A stretch of 64,000 nucleotides of DNA, from the IMG/VR virus record IMGVR_UViG_3300008113_000307, positions 21,919 to 85,918 of that record; one strand, given 5' to 3'. A program made the translations under genes and the position numbers. The notes under the pieces were generated by a model, which ran no database searches, was not told where the DNA came from, and worked only from the letters and a program-made list of their open reading frames with translations. Below are positions 8,202 through 15,366 of this stretch, piece after piece; the stretch's first letter is position 1, and the number at the start of each line of letters is the position of its first letter. Origin of the DNA: a virus. Taxonomy: Duplodnaviria; Heunggongvirae; Uroviricota; Caudoviricetes.

Positions 8202-8275
8202 GCGGGTAAGCTCAAGGTGAGACGTCAGCCTTCCAAGCTGCACTGAGTGGGGTTCGACTCCCCCTACCCGCTCCA
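8202..8275 (+). tRNA. tRNA-Gly(TCC)
   Basis: Acceptor gcgggta/tacccgc, anticodon stem cagc/gctg with loop ctTCCaa, T-loop ttcgact, CCA. Confidence 0.65.
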
Positions 8276-8281
8276 GTTTTT

Positions 8282-8355
8282 CTCGGTATGGTGAAATGGT
8301 ATCACTCGACGTTTGGGACGTTGGAGCGTAGGTTCGATTCCTGCTACCGAGACCA
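8282..8355 (+). tRNA. tRNA-Pro(TGG), second copy
   Basis: Acceptor ctcggta/taccgag perfect, D-stem gtga/tcac, anticodon stem cgacg/cgttg with loop ttTGGga, CCA. Confidence 0.55.
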
Positions 8356-8362
8356 TGACAAT

Positions 8363-8439
8363 GCACAGGTGGCGGAGTGGCCCAACGCAAGGGATTGCAA
8401 ATCCCTAAAACCGTGAGTTCAAATCTCACCCTGTGCTCC
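8363..8439 (+). tRNA. tRNA-Cys(GCA)
   Basis: Acceptor gcacagg/cctgtgc perfect, anticodon stem aggga/tccct with loop ttGCAaa, T-loop ttcaaat, CCA. Confidence 0.7.
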
Positions 8440-8445
8440 AGATAC

Positions 8446-8537
8446 GGAAAGTAATGCAGCGGGGATGGTCCTGCGACTGGCCTTGAAAACCAGGTTCTCT
8501 TAACAGGGATGGGGTTCGACTCCTCTGCTTTCCGCCA
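8446..8537 (+). tRNA. tRNA-Ser(TGA), type II
   Basis: Acceptor ggaaagt/gctttcc, anticodon loop ctTGAaa (reads UCA), long variable arm, T-loop ttcgact, CCA. Confidence 0.6.
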
Positions 8538-8557
8538 TAAGTACAGCAAAGGAGATC

Positions 8558-8728
8558 ATGATGACAAGATCAGCAATTTTTCAAAACAAAATTACTCGGG
8601 AACGCCTGATCTGCGACAACGTGGATCTTGTGCGTTGGTTTGATGGTGCGGCCTTTTTGTCAGTTCGGCGAGAAGGAACTGAACGACGTTTCCTAATTCG
8701 TCGCGATGCACTGCAAGAAATAGTATAA
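8558..8728 (+). CDS. Hypothetical small protein (56 aa)
   Basis: Strong RBS aaaggag 6 nt upstream of ATG; between tRNA-Ser and tRNA-Val. Confidence 0.5.
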   Translation: MMTRSAIFQNKITRERLICDNVDLVRWFDGAAFLSVRREGTERRFLIRRDALQEIV

Positions 8729-8737
8729 TTGACACAT

Positions 8738-8812
8738 GCCTGGTTAGCTCAGGGGGAGAGCGCTTCGTTTACACCGAAGATGTCCGCGGTTCGAAACCGT
8801 GACCAGGTACCA
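8738..8812 (+). tRNA. tRNA-Val(TAC)
   Basis: Acceptor gcctggt/accaggt, anticodon stem cttcg/cgaag with loop ttTACac, T-loop ttcgaaa, CCA. Confidence 0.65.
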
Positions 8813-8818
8813 AACATA

Positions 8819-8893
8819 GTCTCTGTAGTTCAATGGATAGAACAAGTTCCTCCTAAGAATTAGATATCAGTTCAATTCTGGTCAGAGACGCCA
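8819..8893 (+). tRNA. tRNA-Arg(CCT)
   Basis: Acceptor gtctctg/cagagac perfect, anticodon stem agttc/gaatt with loop ctCCTaa, T-loop ttcaatt, CCA. Confidence 0.6.
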
Positions 8894-8933
8894 ATCTTGC
8901 GATAGTGGTGGCATCAATAATTTTATTTTTACT

Positions 8934-9782
8934 GTGATTAATTATTTTACCGATAATCTCCTATTTGCATATTATCCACAGGGCGCTGGGGGGAAATTTT
9001 TACTTAACTGCATTGGATTAAGTGATCATTCCGTATTACAATCTAGAGCACTAGTGGTAAAACAACTTGAAAATAATTTTAATCAAGACCAAAAATTTAA
9101 TTGGTTACTGGAAAAAATTAAATATGCTAAAAAAAGAAAACACTGGAATGATCTGGACCTTGGTTGTACTGAATTGTTTGGACAGGAAGATCAACCATAT
9201 TATCCAGAAATAGACATACTATCTAACTCACATTTAATTTTTTCCAAAGTAGCACACAGTTATAATGTGTTGCTAGACGCAACTAACACTTGGCCCAATG
9301 CAAAAATTTTGCAACTAGAAAATTGTCATAACTTTATTTCAGCATATAGATCTCATACTTTGTCCAATCCAGCAGCCCCCGAACCTGATATTTTGTCATT
9401 AGTTTGGAAAAATATTAGAGATCAATCATGGCCAGTTAATCATCCCACTACGCTAGAAGAATACAATCAATTAGATATTAAAATTCGTAATGAAGATCAA
9501 TACATGCATAATCATTCAATTTTACAAGAGATTATTAAATGCAAACAACTGAATTATCGGCTATTGCAAAATATCAACGTTATTAAATGGGACTGTGATT
9601 GGTTTTTTGATTGTGATGTTTGTGTTGATCAATTAAGTACAGTATATCAAAAACTTTGTTTACCTGACTTCGATCGAAAAAAAATTAAAGCCTATTTTTT
9701 AGCCTGGATAGACTGTCTAGATACTATAGACAAAGATCAAAAGAAAAATCTCAGAAGCAATAAAAGCCAAATGGGAAGATAG
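8934..9782 (+). CDS. Hypothetical protein (282 aa), AT-rich
   Basis: Long low-GC ORF embedded in tRNA array; GTG start; no family recognised. Confidence 0.5.
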   Translation: MINYFTDNLLFAYYPQGAGGKFLLNCIGLSDHSVLQSRALVVKQLENNFNQDQKFNWLLEKIKYAKKRKHWNDLDLGCTELFGQEDQPYYPEIDILSNSHLIFSKVAHSYNVLLDATNTWPNAKILQLENCHNFISAYRSHTLSNPAAPEPDILSLVWKNIRDQSWPVNHPTTLEEYNQLDIKIRNEDQYMHNHSILQEIIKCKQLNYRLLQNINVIKWDCDWFFDCDVCVDQLSTVYQKLCLPDFDRKKIKAYFLAWIDCLDTIDKDQKKNLRSNKSQMGR

Positions 9783-9788
9783 AAAAAT

Positions 9789-9873
9789 GCGGATGTGGCG
9801 TAATTGGTAGCCGCACCAGATTTAGGTTCTGGCGTTGAAAGGCGTGGGGGTTCGAGTCCCTTCATCCGCACCA
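9789..9873 (+). tRNA. tRNA-Leu(TAG), type II
   Basis: Acceptor gcggatg/catccgc perfect, anticodon stem ccaga/tctgg with loop ttTAGgt (reads CUA), long variable arm, CCA. Confidence 0.65.
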
Positions 9874-9921
9874 AGACTCTCCCTGACACACGGAGTATAA
9901 TAGGACAAGTAGTGTGTTTCC

Positions 9922-9995
9922 AGGTCATTAGCTCAAAGGTAGAGCGGTGCATTGACATTGCACATACAGCGGATCGTTACCGTTATGACCTACCA
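9922..9995 (+). tRNA. tRNA-Val(GAC), T-loop ATCGTTA
   Basis: Acceptor aggtcat/atgacct perfect, D-arm gctc-aaaggta-gagc, anticodon stem gtgca/tgcac with loop ttGACat, CCA. Confidence 0.55.
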
Positions 9996-10003
9996 AACAT
10001 CAT

Positions 10004-10080
10004 GCCTTTGTAGCCGAATTGGTATAGGCACTGCGTTGAGGTCGCAGGTTCTGCTGGTTCGAGTCCAGTCAAAGGCACCA
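10004..10080 (+). tRNA. tRNA with Leu anticodon GAG but short (type I) variable arm
   Basis: Acceptor gcctttg/caaaggc perfect, anticodon stem ctgcg/cgcag with loop ttGAGgt, 5-nt variable region, T-loop ttcgagt, CCA. Confidence 0.5.
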
Positions 10081-10085
10081 TTTTT

Positions 10086-10157
10086 AGCGTCACTCTGGCT
10101 GATCTAACTGGGGTCCAATCCCGGTAGTCAAAGGTTCGATTCCTGCAGGCGCTGCCA
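10086..10157 (+). tRNA. Short tRNA-like element with Trp anticodon CCA and reduced D-arm
   Basis: Acceptor 6/7, anticodon stem ctggg/cccgg with loop gtCCAat, T-loop ttcgatt, CCA; only 69 nt before CCA. Confidence 0.35.
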
Positions 10158-10335
10158 TTTTTGCAAACACAAAACCGTGCAGGGGCAATCCCCCGGCTGG
10201 CCCTGTGCAGTGATGCATAACCAGCGGATCAGGTGTCGGGGTGAGAGGCCCCGGGTCGTTTCTGGTGGAAACAGCATCTAGTAACGATGCTGACGACAGC
10301 AGTGCCCTGCACGAAACCAGGTGTTTGCGTTTTTA

Positions 10336-10364
10336 TCGACCAAAAATCAAGAACACAGTATAAT
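10336..10364 (+). promoter_or_regulatory. sigma70-like promoter
   Basis: TCGACC-17-TATAAT, ATG 7 nt downstream at 10371. Confidence 0.5.
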
Positions 10365-10370
10365 AGAAAC

Positions 10371-10601
10371 ATGTATAAATTAATAAACAAAGCAGGCACA
10401 GAACTAGATGGATTTGAGACCTTGGACTCTGCTATGCAAGCCGCAAAGGCAGTGGGCTTCTTTGTGACCATTGCAGGACCGGACTTTGAAGTGTGTGGTC
10501 GGTTTGGAGTAGACACTGTTCGAAACGGGCTGTGCCCAGATGGTGTTAAATACGATTGGAACAAAGCTAGTCGCATTGGCGCAACTAAACGAAAAAGATA
10601 A
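10371..10601 (+). CDS. Hypothetical small protein (76 aa)
   Basis: First ATG after promoter; ends 2 nt before next gene. Confidence 0.5.
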   Translation: MYKLINKAGTELDGFETLDSAMQAAKAVGFFVTIAGPDFEVCGRFGVDTVRNGLCPDGVKYDWNKASRIGATKRKR

Positions 10602-10603
10602 AA

Positions 10604-11008
10604 ATGCTGGATAGATTGTTTACAGGTCTTGAAGATATACAAACAAAAACTTGCGGAATGTGTTTGAAAACTCTACCGCTAACTATGTTCGGTAACGACG
10701 GCGGCGCAAAATATCTTAGATATGAGTGCAAGACATGTGCAAAAGCTCAAAGCAAATTGTTAAAAACAATTAAAAAATCTGCACCAGCAATTCCTAAAGA
10801 TTACAAGTGTCCAATTTGCAAGCGTAATGAGCAAGAAGCTAAAGGACATAATCCCAACAAAAAAGGAATTTGGTGTGCCGACCACAATCATGCATCGGGT
10901 AAATTTAGAGGTTGGCTATGTCACAAATGCAATTTAGGATTAGGCAATATGAACGATGACATAGATAGATTAGAAGCTGCTATCAAATATTTAAAGGAGA
11001 AACCATGA
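10604..11008 (+). CDS. Recombination endonuclease VII family protein
   Basis: Cys clusters plus [25 protein letters not shown]...LEAAIKYL match the T4 endo VII signature. Confidence 0.75.
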   Translation: MLDRLFTGLEDIQTKTCGMCLKTLPLTMFGNDGGAKYLRYECKTCAKAQSKLLKTIKKSAPAIPKDYKCPICKRNEQEAKGHNPNKKGIWCADHNHASGKFRGWLCHKCNLGLGNMNDDIDRLEAAIKYLKEKP

Positions 11009-11676
11009 AACGTGTGATTGAAATTCGTGCTGCCGAAGGCGGCGAAGACTCTAAGTTGTTTGTGCAAGATCTTGCACAGGCCTACATCAAGTTTGCTCAC
11101 AGCAAAGGCTGAGCTGCCCGCCTGACAAATCAGATGGCCGGCGAGCAGCATGTGTTGGTCGAAGGCGGTGATTTATCAGGCTTGACGAACGAAGCAGGAG
11201 GGCATCGTATTCAACGAGTGCCGCCTACCGAACGCAAAGGCCGTGTGCATACCAGCACAGTGACAGTGGCCATAGTTGACCCCCGAACCATTGCTACCAC
11301 CATTCGAGAGAGTGATCTCTATGTAGAGTGGTATTCAGGTACAGGTGCTGGAGGGCAGTATCGCAACAAGCATCAAAACTCATGTAGAATCACACATGTG
11401 CCCACCGGCATCACTGCCAAGTCTGAGTGCCGAAGCCGAGCCAACAGTTTGGCTGAAGCTACCCAGGCCATACAGCAACGAGTTGACCACGTGCTACAAA
11501 GTCGCTATAATAGTGCAGTGGCACAGGATCGACGTTCACAAGTGGGCACTGGCCAGCGAGGAGACAAAATACGCACCTATAGATTTCAAGACGATGTCAC
11601 ACAAGACCATGTGACTGGACAACGTGCCAGCACACGACGAGTGTTACAGGGAAACTTTGATCTCTTGTGGAACTGA
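11005..11676 (+). CDS. Truncated class I release factor (RF1-like, domains 2-4) interrupted by an in-frame TGA at 11110-11112
   Basis: ATGA overlap with upstream gene; [34 protein letters not shown] aligns with RF1 VRAGTGGDEAALFAGDL..ARRW; downstream [12 protein letters not shown] (PxT motif), SGTGAGGQ and [13 protein letters not shown] match RF1 domains 3-4. Confidence 0.8.
11113..11149 (+). promoter_or_regulatory. Stable hairpin directly 3' of the in-frame TGA (candidate recoding/readthrough stimulator)
   Basis: gctgcccgcc pairs with ggcgagcagc (9 of 10 bp) around a 17-nt loop, starting at the first nucleotide after the stop codon. Confidence 0.55.
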
Positions 11677-11810
11677 TGCGTAAATAGAAACAGGTGGCGT
11701 CCAGCCTGGACCTCTACTGCACTGGTCTGCAGACATGTCAAACTAGAACGGGTGAGTTGAGGAGCCGCAGGTGCCAAAGGCCTGCACTGGATTCGGTAAC
11801 CAGTATTTTT

Positions 11811-11888
11811 GCCCCTGTGGACAAATTGGCAAAGTCGCTTCTCTCAAAAGGAAGAGTGTTCTCAGTTCGACTCTGAGCAGGGGTACCA
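11811..11888 (+). tRNA. Solitary type-I tRNA with anticodon CAA (Leu UUG codon), A73 discriminator
   Basis: Acceptor gcccctg/caggggt, D-stem gac/gtc with 11-nt loop, anticodon stem cttct/ggaag with loop ctCAAaa, T-loop ttcgact, CCA; sits 130 nt after the release-factor gene. Confidence 0.55.
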
Positions 11889-11905
11889 TTTAAAGAAAGA
11901 ACCAT

Positions 11906-12376
11906 ATGAAGCAAATCAATCTAGACGAAGTCACACAGTTTATCCAGGCACAGACACCAGAAACCAAGATCTATCTTGGTTGCGACTCGGAACGCCTGCG
12001 AGTGGACGGTGACTGGTACGCGGATTACGTGCTGGCCATTGTGGTTCACATCAACGGCAACAATGGCTGCAAACTGTTTGGCGAAGTGCATCGGGAACGT
12101 GTATGGGATGCCAAGCCCAGCAAGCCCAGCATGAGGCTCATGACCGAAGTGTACAAGGTTTCCGAACTGTACTTGAAGTTGGCCGAAGTGCTGGAAGGCA
12201 GGCATGTGGAAGTGCATTTGGACATCAACCCCAACGAAATGCACGGCAGCTCATGCGTGATCAGCCAGGCCATAGGCTACATCAAGGGCACCTGCAACGT
12301 GGTGCCATTTGTGAAACCTGAAGCTTTTGCTGCCAGTTACGCCGCAGACCGATTCAAAGGCCTGCGAGTAGCATAA
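11906..12376 (+). CDS. YkuK/DUF458-like RNase H-fold protein
   Basis: IYLGCDSE, VLAIVVH, EVHLDINPNE, GYIKG..VKPEAFAASYAADRF follow the conserved blocks of the B. subtilis YkuK family. Confidence 0.55.
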   Translation: MKQINLDEVTQFIQAQTPETKIYLGCDSERLRVDGDWYADYVLAIVVHINGNNGCKLFGEVHRERVWDAKPSKPSMRLMTEVYKVSELYLKLAEVLEGRHVEVHLDINPNEMHGSSCVISQAIGYIKGTCNVVPFVKPEAFAASYAADRFKGLRVA

Positions 12377-12379
12377 CAA

Positions 12380-12404
12380 AAACCCGCTGAGGCGGGTTTT
12401 TTTG
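12380..12404 (+). terminator. Rho-independent terminator
   Basis: aacccgc-tga-ggcgggtt stem followed by T7. Confidence 0.7.
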
Positions 12405-12473
12405 TGGCTGCTAATAGGCAATGCCAAACAGTACCATTGGAAAATACAATAGCTAAAACCTATGGAAACCGCT

Positions 12474-12502
12474 TGACCTGTAGGTATTTTATGCTATATA
12501 AT
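12474..12502 (+). promoter_or_regulatory. sigma70-like promoter with extended -10
   Basis: TTGACC-17-TGC-TATATAAT upstream of ahpC. Confidence 0.55.
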
Positions 12503-12567
12503 ACTTTATGACATCAGCACAGACTGTGCTGACTCGATCCAATCAACATTTATACATAGGAGAAATA

Positions 12568-13107
12568 ATGAAAACAGTTGGCGATAAATTGACTAAATTT
12601 GCAGTGACCGGTGTCCGGCCCGGGCAACCTGAAGACGCATTCTTCACAATCACAGACGAGAGCTTTGCAGGCAAGTGGAAAGTGATTGTGTATTACCCCA
12701 AGGACTTTACCTTTGTATGCCCAACAGAAATCGTTGCATACGATAAATTGACTGGTGACTTTGCTGATCGTGATGCAGTGTTGCTGACCGGTTCGACAGA
12801 CAATGAGTTCTGCAAGGTTGCTTGGCAAACTGCTCATGAAGATCTCAAGAAGATCACCCACACTCAGTTTGCTGATACACAGCGTGGTGAGTTGAGCTTG
12901 ATCGAACAACTGGGCGTGTTCTACGCTCCAGCAGGTGCTGCCCTTCGTGCCACATTCATTGTTGACCCCAACAACGAGATCCAGCACGTGACTGTCAACA
13001 ACTTGAACGTGGGTCGTAGCCCAGAAGAAACTTTGCGTGTACTTGACGCACTGCAAACTGGTGAACTGTGTGCATGTAACCGTACTGTGGGCGGGGAGAC
13101 ACTGTAA
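12568..13107 (+). CDS. ahpC: Peroxiredoxin AhpC (typical 2-Cys)
   Basis: RBS aggagaaataATG; peroxidatic-Cys motif FTFVCPTEI and C-terminal GELCACN resolving-Cys region. Confidence 0.85.
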   Translation: MKTVGDKLTKFAVTGVRPGQPEDAFFTITDESFAGKWKVIVYYPKDFTFVCPTEIVAYDKLTGDFADRDAVLLTGSTDNEFCKVAWQTAHEDLKKITHTQFADTQRGELSLIEQLGVFYAPAGAALRATFIVDPNNEIQHVTVNNLNVGRSPEETLRVLDALQTGELCACNRTVGGETL

Positions 13108-13613
13108 TGGCATTCATCGACGCAGTTAAAGGTGCGTTGCCAGAATACGCAAAGGACACCAAGTTAAATCTTGACGCTGTTCTTTTGCGTAGTACTCTAG
13201 ATGCGGATGTGGCCATGGGGTGTGCTGTGGCTGCATTGGCTGCAACCGGCAACGGCAAAGTACTCAGCATCATGTTGGCCGATGCGCCTGTGCATGCAGA
13301 ACCAGCAATGACAGCAGCCAGCATCATGGCCCAAAACAACGTTTGGTATCCTTACGTTGAAATGGCAGATGATCCGGCACTGAAAGGCCTGCCTGCTCAG
13401 TTGCGTATGAATGCTATTGCGTCACACGGCGGAACTACCAAGGCCAACTTTGAAGCGTTCTCGTTGGCAGCAAGTATTGTGGGCAAGTGTCACTTCTGTG
13501 TCAAAGCACACTATGATACTCTAAAGGCAGAAGGCTACACTGTAGAGAACTTGCGTGATATCGGACGTATTGCCAGTGTCATGAATGCTGTGGCCAAAGT
13601 GCTCAACAGTTAA
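13107..13613 (+). CDS. ahpD: AhpD-like alkylhydroperoxidase (carboxymuconolactone decarboxylase family)
   Basis: ATG overlaps ahpC stop (TAATG); CxxC-type motif KCHFCVKAH; size 168 aa. Confidence 0.65.
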   Translation: MAFIDAVKGALPEYAKDTKLNLDAVLLRSTLDADVAMGCAVAALAATGNGKVLSIMLADAPVHAEPAMTAASIMAQNNVWYPYVEMADDPALKGLPAQLRMNAIASHGGTTKANFEAFSLAASIVGKCHFCVKAHYDTLKAEGYTVENLRDIGRIASVMNAVAKVLNS

Positions 13614-13792
13614 GGAATCGCGATGCAAATTCGAGTACAAGAAGATTCTGAAGATTTTGGTGCCTGCGGCTGCGGCCGTAGTCCAGATGGCAAGTGCATT
13701 GGGTGGCATGCTCTGTCGCCACAAGAATACGAAGATGCGTTGGTTAAATACGAAGCACAGTTGTTTAGTGAGCCTCCTCAGGACCAAACCAG

Positions 13793-13821
13793 TTGACCTT
13801 GTGGGCTAGGCGTGTTATACT
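13793..13821 (+). promoter_or_regulatory. sigma70-like promoter
   Basis: TTGACC-17-TATACT upstream of 13852 gene. Confidence 0.5.
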
Positions 13822-13851
13822 GTGACACACTGCAAACTTACAAGGAAGCCT

Positions 13852-14136
13852 ATGAGCACTGAACAAGATCGATTCAAGAACTCAAAACGTCGTCTACGTG
13901 ACGAGTCGGCAGTGAAAAAGCAAACCAAAATTGCCAAGGCATACGGAGTTCCTGTAACGGAGCCCCACAAGTTTGCCAAACATCATGCCATGAACTGTGG
14001 AAACCCAGATTGTGTCATGTGTGGTAACCCACGCAAGACGTTCAATGAACTGACCGCACAAGAACAGCGACTGTTTCAGGACACCGAAGCAATCCGTAAC
14101 CGCCATTCAAACGGCACACAAGAGGAAACACCATGA
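13852..14136 (+). CDS. Hypothetical zinc-ribbon-like small protein
   Basis: NCGNPDCVMCGNPR four-Cys motif; basic N-terminus. Confidence 0.5.
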   Translation: MSTEQDRFKNSKRRLRDESAVKKQTKIAKAYGVPVTEPHKFAKHHAMNCGNPDCVMCGNPRKTFNELTAQEQRLFQDTEAIRNRHSNGTQEETP

Positions 14137-14384
14137 GAGACATTGATAGAACTGCTGGCCTGACCAGTCAAGCTGCTGTGGAAGCCATTGGCAATCGTTA
14201 CAACCTGGTGCTGGTGGCATCTCAACGCATGCGAGAGCTGGCCCGTGGCAGTGCCAGGCGAGTGACATCTCGATATGGTGACGGTGTTACTACCTTGTTG
14301 GAAATCGAGCAGGGCAAGGTAGGTATTGATTACCTGATGAAAGCCCCGCAAGTTGAGCAACGAAGACGATCAAATCCTCGTTGA
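14133..14384 (+). CDS. rpoZ: RNA polymerase omega subunit (RpoZ)-like protein
   Basis: AVEAIGNRYNLVLVASQRMRELARG aligns with E. coli RpoZ [23 protein letters not shown]; RBS agaggaaaca; 83 aa. Confidence 0.65.
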   Translation: MRDIDRTAGLTSQAAVEAIGNRYNLVLVASQRMRELARGSARRVTSRYGDGVTTLLEIEQGKVGIDYLMKAPQVEQRRRSNPR

Positions 14385-14398
14385 CAGCAAACTACAAT

Positions 14399-14431
14399 CC
14401 TGCTACAATAAAACATAGCAGGATTTTTTTT
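14399..14431 (+). terminator. Rho-independent terminator
   Basis: cctgcta-caataaaaca-tagcagg followed by a T9 run. Confidence 0.7.
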
Positions 14432-14438
14432 GGAGAGC

Positions 14439-14936
14439 ATGATGCCCTGGATTCAAAACGTAGCACTCAGTGATGTCAAAAAAGGACATCATGTTCGCGT
14501 GGGCGAGAATAGCATGCTGATTCAGATTGTGGATCCTGACATGGAGCATCCTGCTCCTGCACACCAGTTTAAGGAAGTGTATCAGTTCCGCTTTTTGGAT
14601 CTAGAACACAATGACGACTGCATCAACGATGCCTGGAAGATCCAGGACCAGGATGCTAAACAGTTGGTTGGCCTGTTGCAACATGCCCTGGACAATCGCA
14701 TGGACGTGGTTGTGCACTGTGTGGCAGGCGTTTGCCGTAGTGGTGCAGTTGCCGAAGTCGGAGTCATGATGGGCTTTGACGACACCGAAGTGTTCCGCAG
14801 TCCCAATCTCTTGGTCAAGCACAAGATGATGAAGCAGTTGGGCTGGACATATGATGAGAACGAGCCACACACCATTAATGGTGTGATGTTGGATTCGGGT
14901 ATCATCATCCCTAAATCAAGAGACGGAGATATTTGA
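14439..14936 (+). CDS. Protein tyrosine / dual-specificity phosphatase (CX5R)
   Basis: Active-site signature VVHCVAGVCRSGAV; start could be TTG 14430, ATG 14439 or ATG 14442 after ggagag. Confidence 0.7.
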   Translation: MMPWIQNVALSDVKKGHHVRVGENSMLIQIVDPDMEHPAPAHQFKEVYQFRFLDLEHNDDCINDAWKIQDQDAKQLVGLLQHALDNRMDVVVHCVAGVCRSGAVAEVGVMMGFDDTEVFRSPNLLVKHKMMKQLGWTYDENEPHTINGVMLDSGIIIPKSRDGDI

Positions 14937-15127
14937 TGTATTTGCATAGAGAAGATTTAAAAAAGATGTTGGAAATTTTAGAAAAGTTTCCAGAGGTTGA
15001 TGTGGTAGATGTCCAAGTTGACAACAGTTCAGGCATTGGATCGCATACTACCATGCACTTAGTGACCCAGGTCAACGGGATCGACGGTACTTTGGAAGTT
15101 GTTGTTTCCAGCGTAGAGAACTGGTAA
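14933..15127 (+). CDS. Hypothetical small acidic protein
   Basis: ATGA overlap with phosphatase stop; 64 aa. Confidence 0.45.
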   Translation: MMYLHREDLKKMLEILEKFPEVDVVDVQVDNSSGIGSHTTMHLVTQVNGIDGTLEVVVSSVENW

Positions 15128-15132
15128 CCGAT

Positions 15133-15186
15133 TTGACCTAAATTCACACCTGTGCTATAATACAGCATAGGTTAACAAAACAGGAG
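15133..15186 (+). promoter_or_regulatory. Promoter-leader cassette copy 1
   Basis: TTGACC-17-TGTGCTATAAT followed by conserved leader cagcataggttaacaaaacaGGAG and ATG 15193. Confidence 0.65.
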
Positions 15187-15192
15187 TCCAAA

Positions 15193-15366
15193 ATGGTACA
15201 TGCATGGGAAGTCAGCTCTGTTGATCAAGGGGACACTCGTTACCGTGTCGCCCGGGTATACATCAATGCCAACGGCAAGTATACTGTGGAAAAACACCCC
15301 CGCACTTTTGCCTCTCTTGACGCCGCAGAAAAAATTGCCCGAAAACTGAATTTGGTTGACCAATAA
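15193..15366 (+). CDS. Hypothetical small protein (57 aa)
   Basis: Directly downstream of cassette RBS; below the 60-aa cutoff of the ORF track. Confidence 0.5.
   Translation: MVHAWEVSSVDQGDTRYRVARVYINANGKYTVEKHPRTFASLDAAEKIARKLNLVDQ

Noticed and set aside
685-8549. Minus-strand and other ORFs across the tRNA array (for example 685-1035, 1848-2117, 4029-4385, 8025-8549 minus; 2766-3257, 4716-4898, 5673-5921 plus)
   Set aside because: They are antisense or read-through translations of tRNA genes (runs such as FELT, GFEP, NPIPV). They have no RBS and their boundaries coincide with tRNA structures.
10170-10222. GC-rich palindrome gtgcaggggcaatcccc...ccctgtgcag as a minus-strand terminator
   Set aside because: It would terminate only the rejected minus-strand ORF, and the flanking T-run is weak.
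10229-10642. 137-aa minus-strand ORF
   Set aside because: A promoter-driven plus-strand gene (10371-10601) and the start of endonuclease VII occupy the same DNA. There is no RBS on the minus strand.
660-11900. Suppressor tRNA with anticodon TCA, CTA or TTA to explain the in-frame TGA
   Set aside because: Every ttCAa/tCTAa/tTTAa occurrence lacked a flanking 5-bp anticodon stem, or fell in a D- or T-loop. The tctaga in 1497-1573 has no stem. The second Trp(CCA)-like element at 10086 is noted only as a speculative UGA reader.
11694-12012. ORFs 11694-11876 and 11809-12012
   Set aside because: They overlap the well-folded tRNA(CAA) and the upstream part of the DUF458 gene region. They have no RBS.
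12550-13113. 187-aa minus-strand ORF overlapping ahpC
   Set aside because: It is antisense to an unambiguous peroxiredoxin gene.
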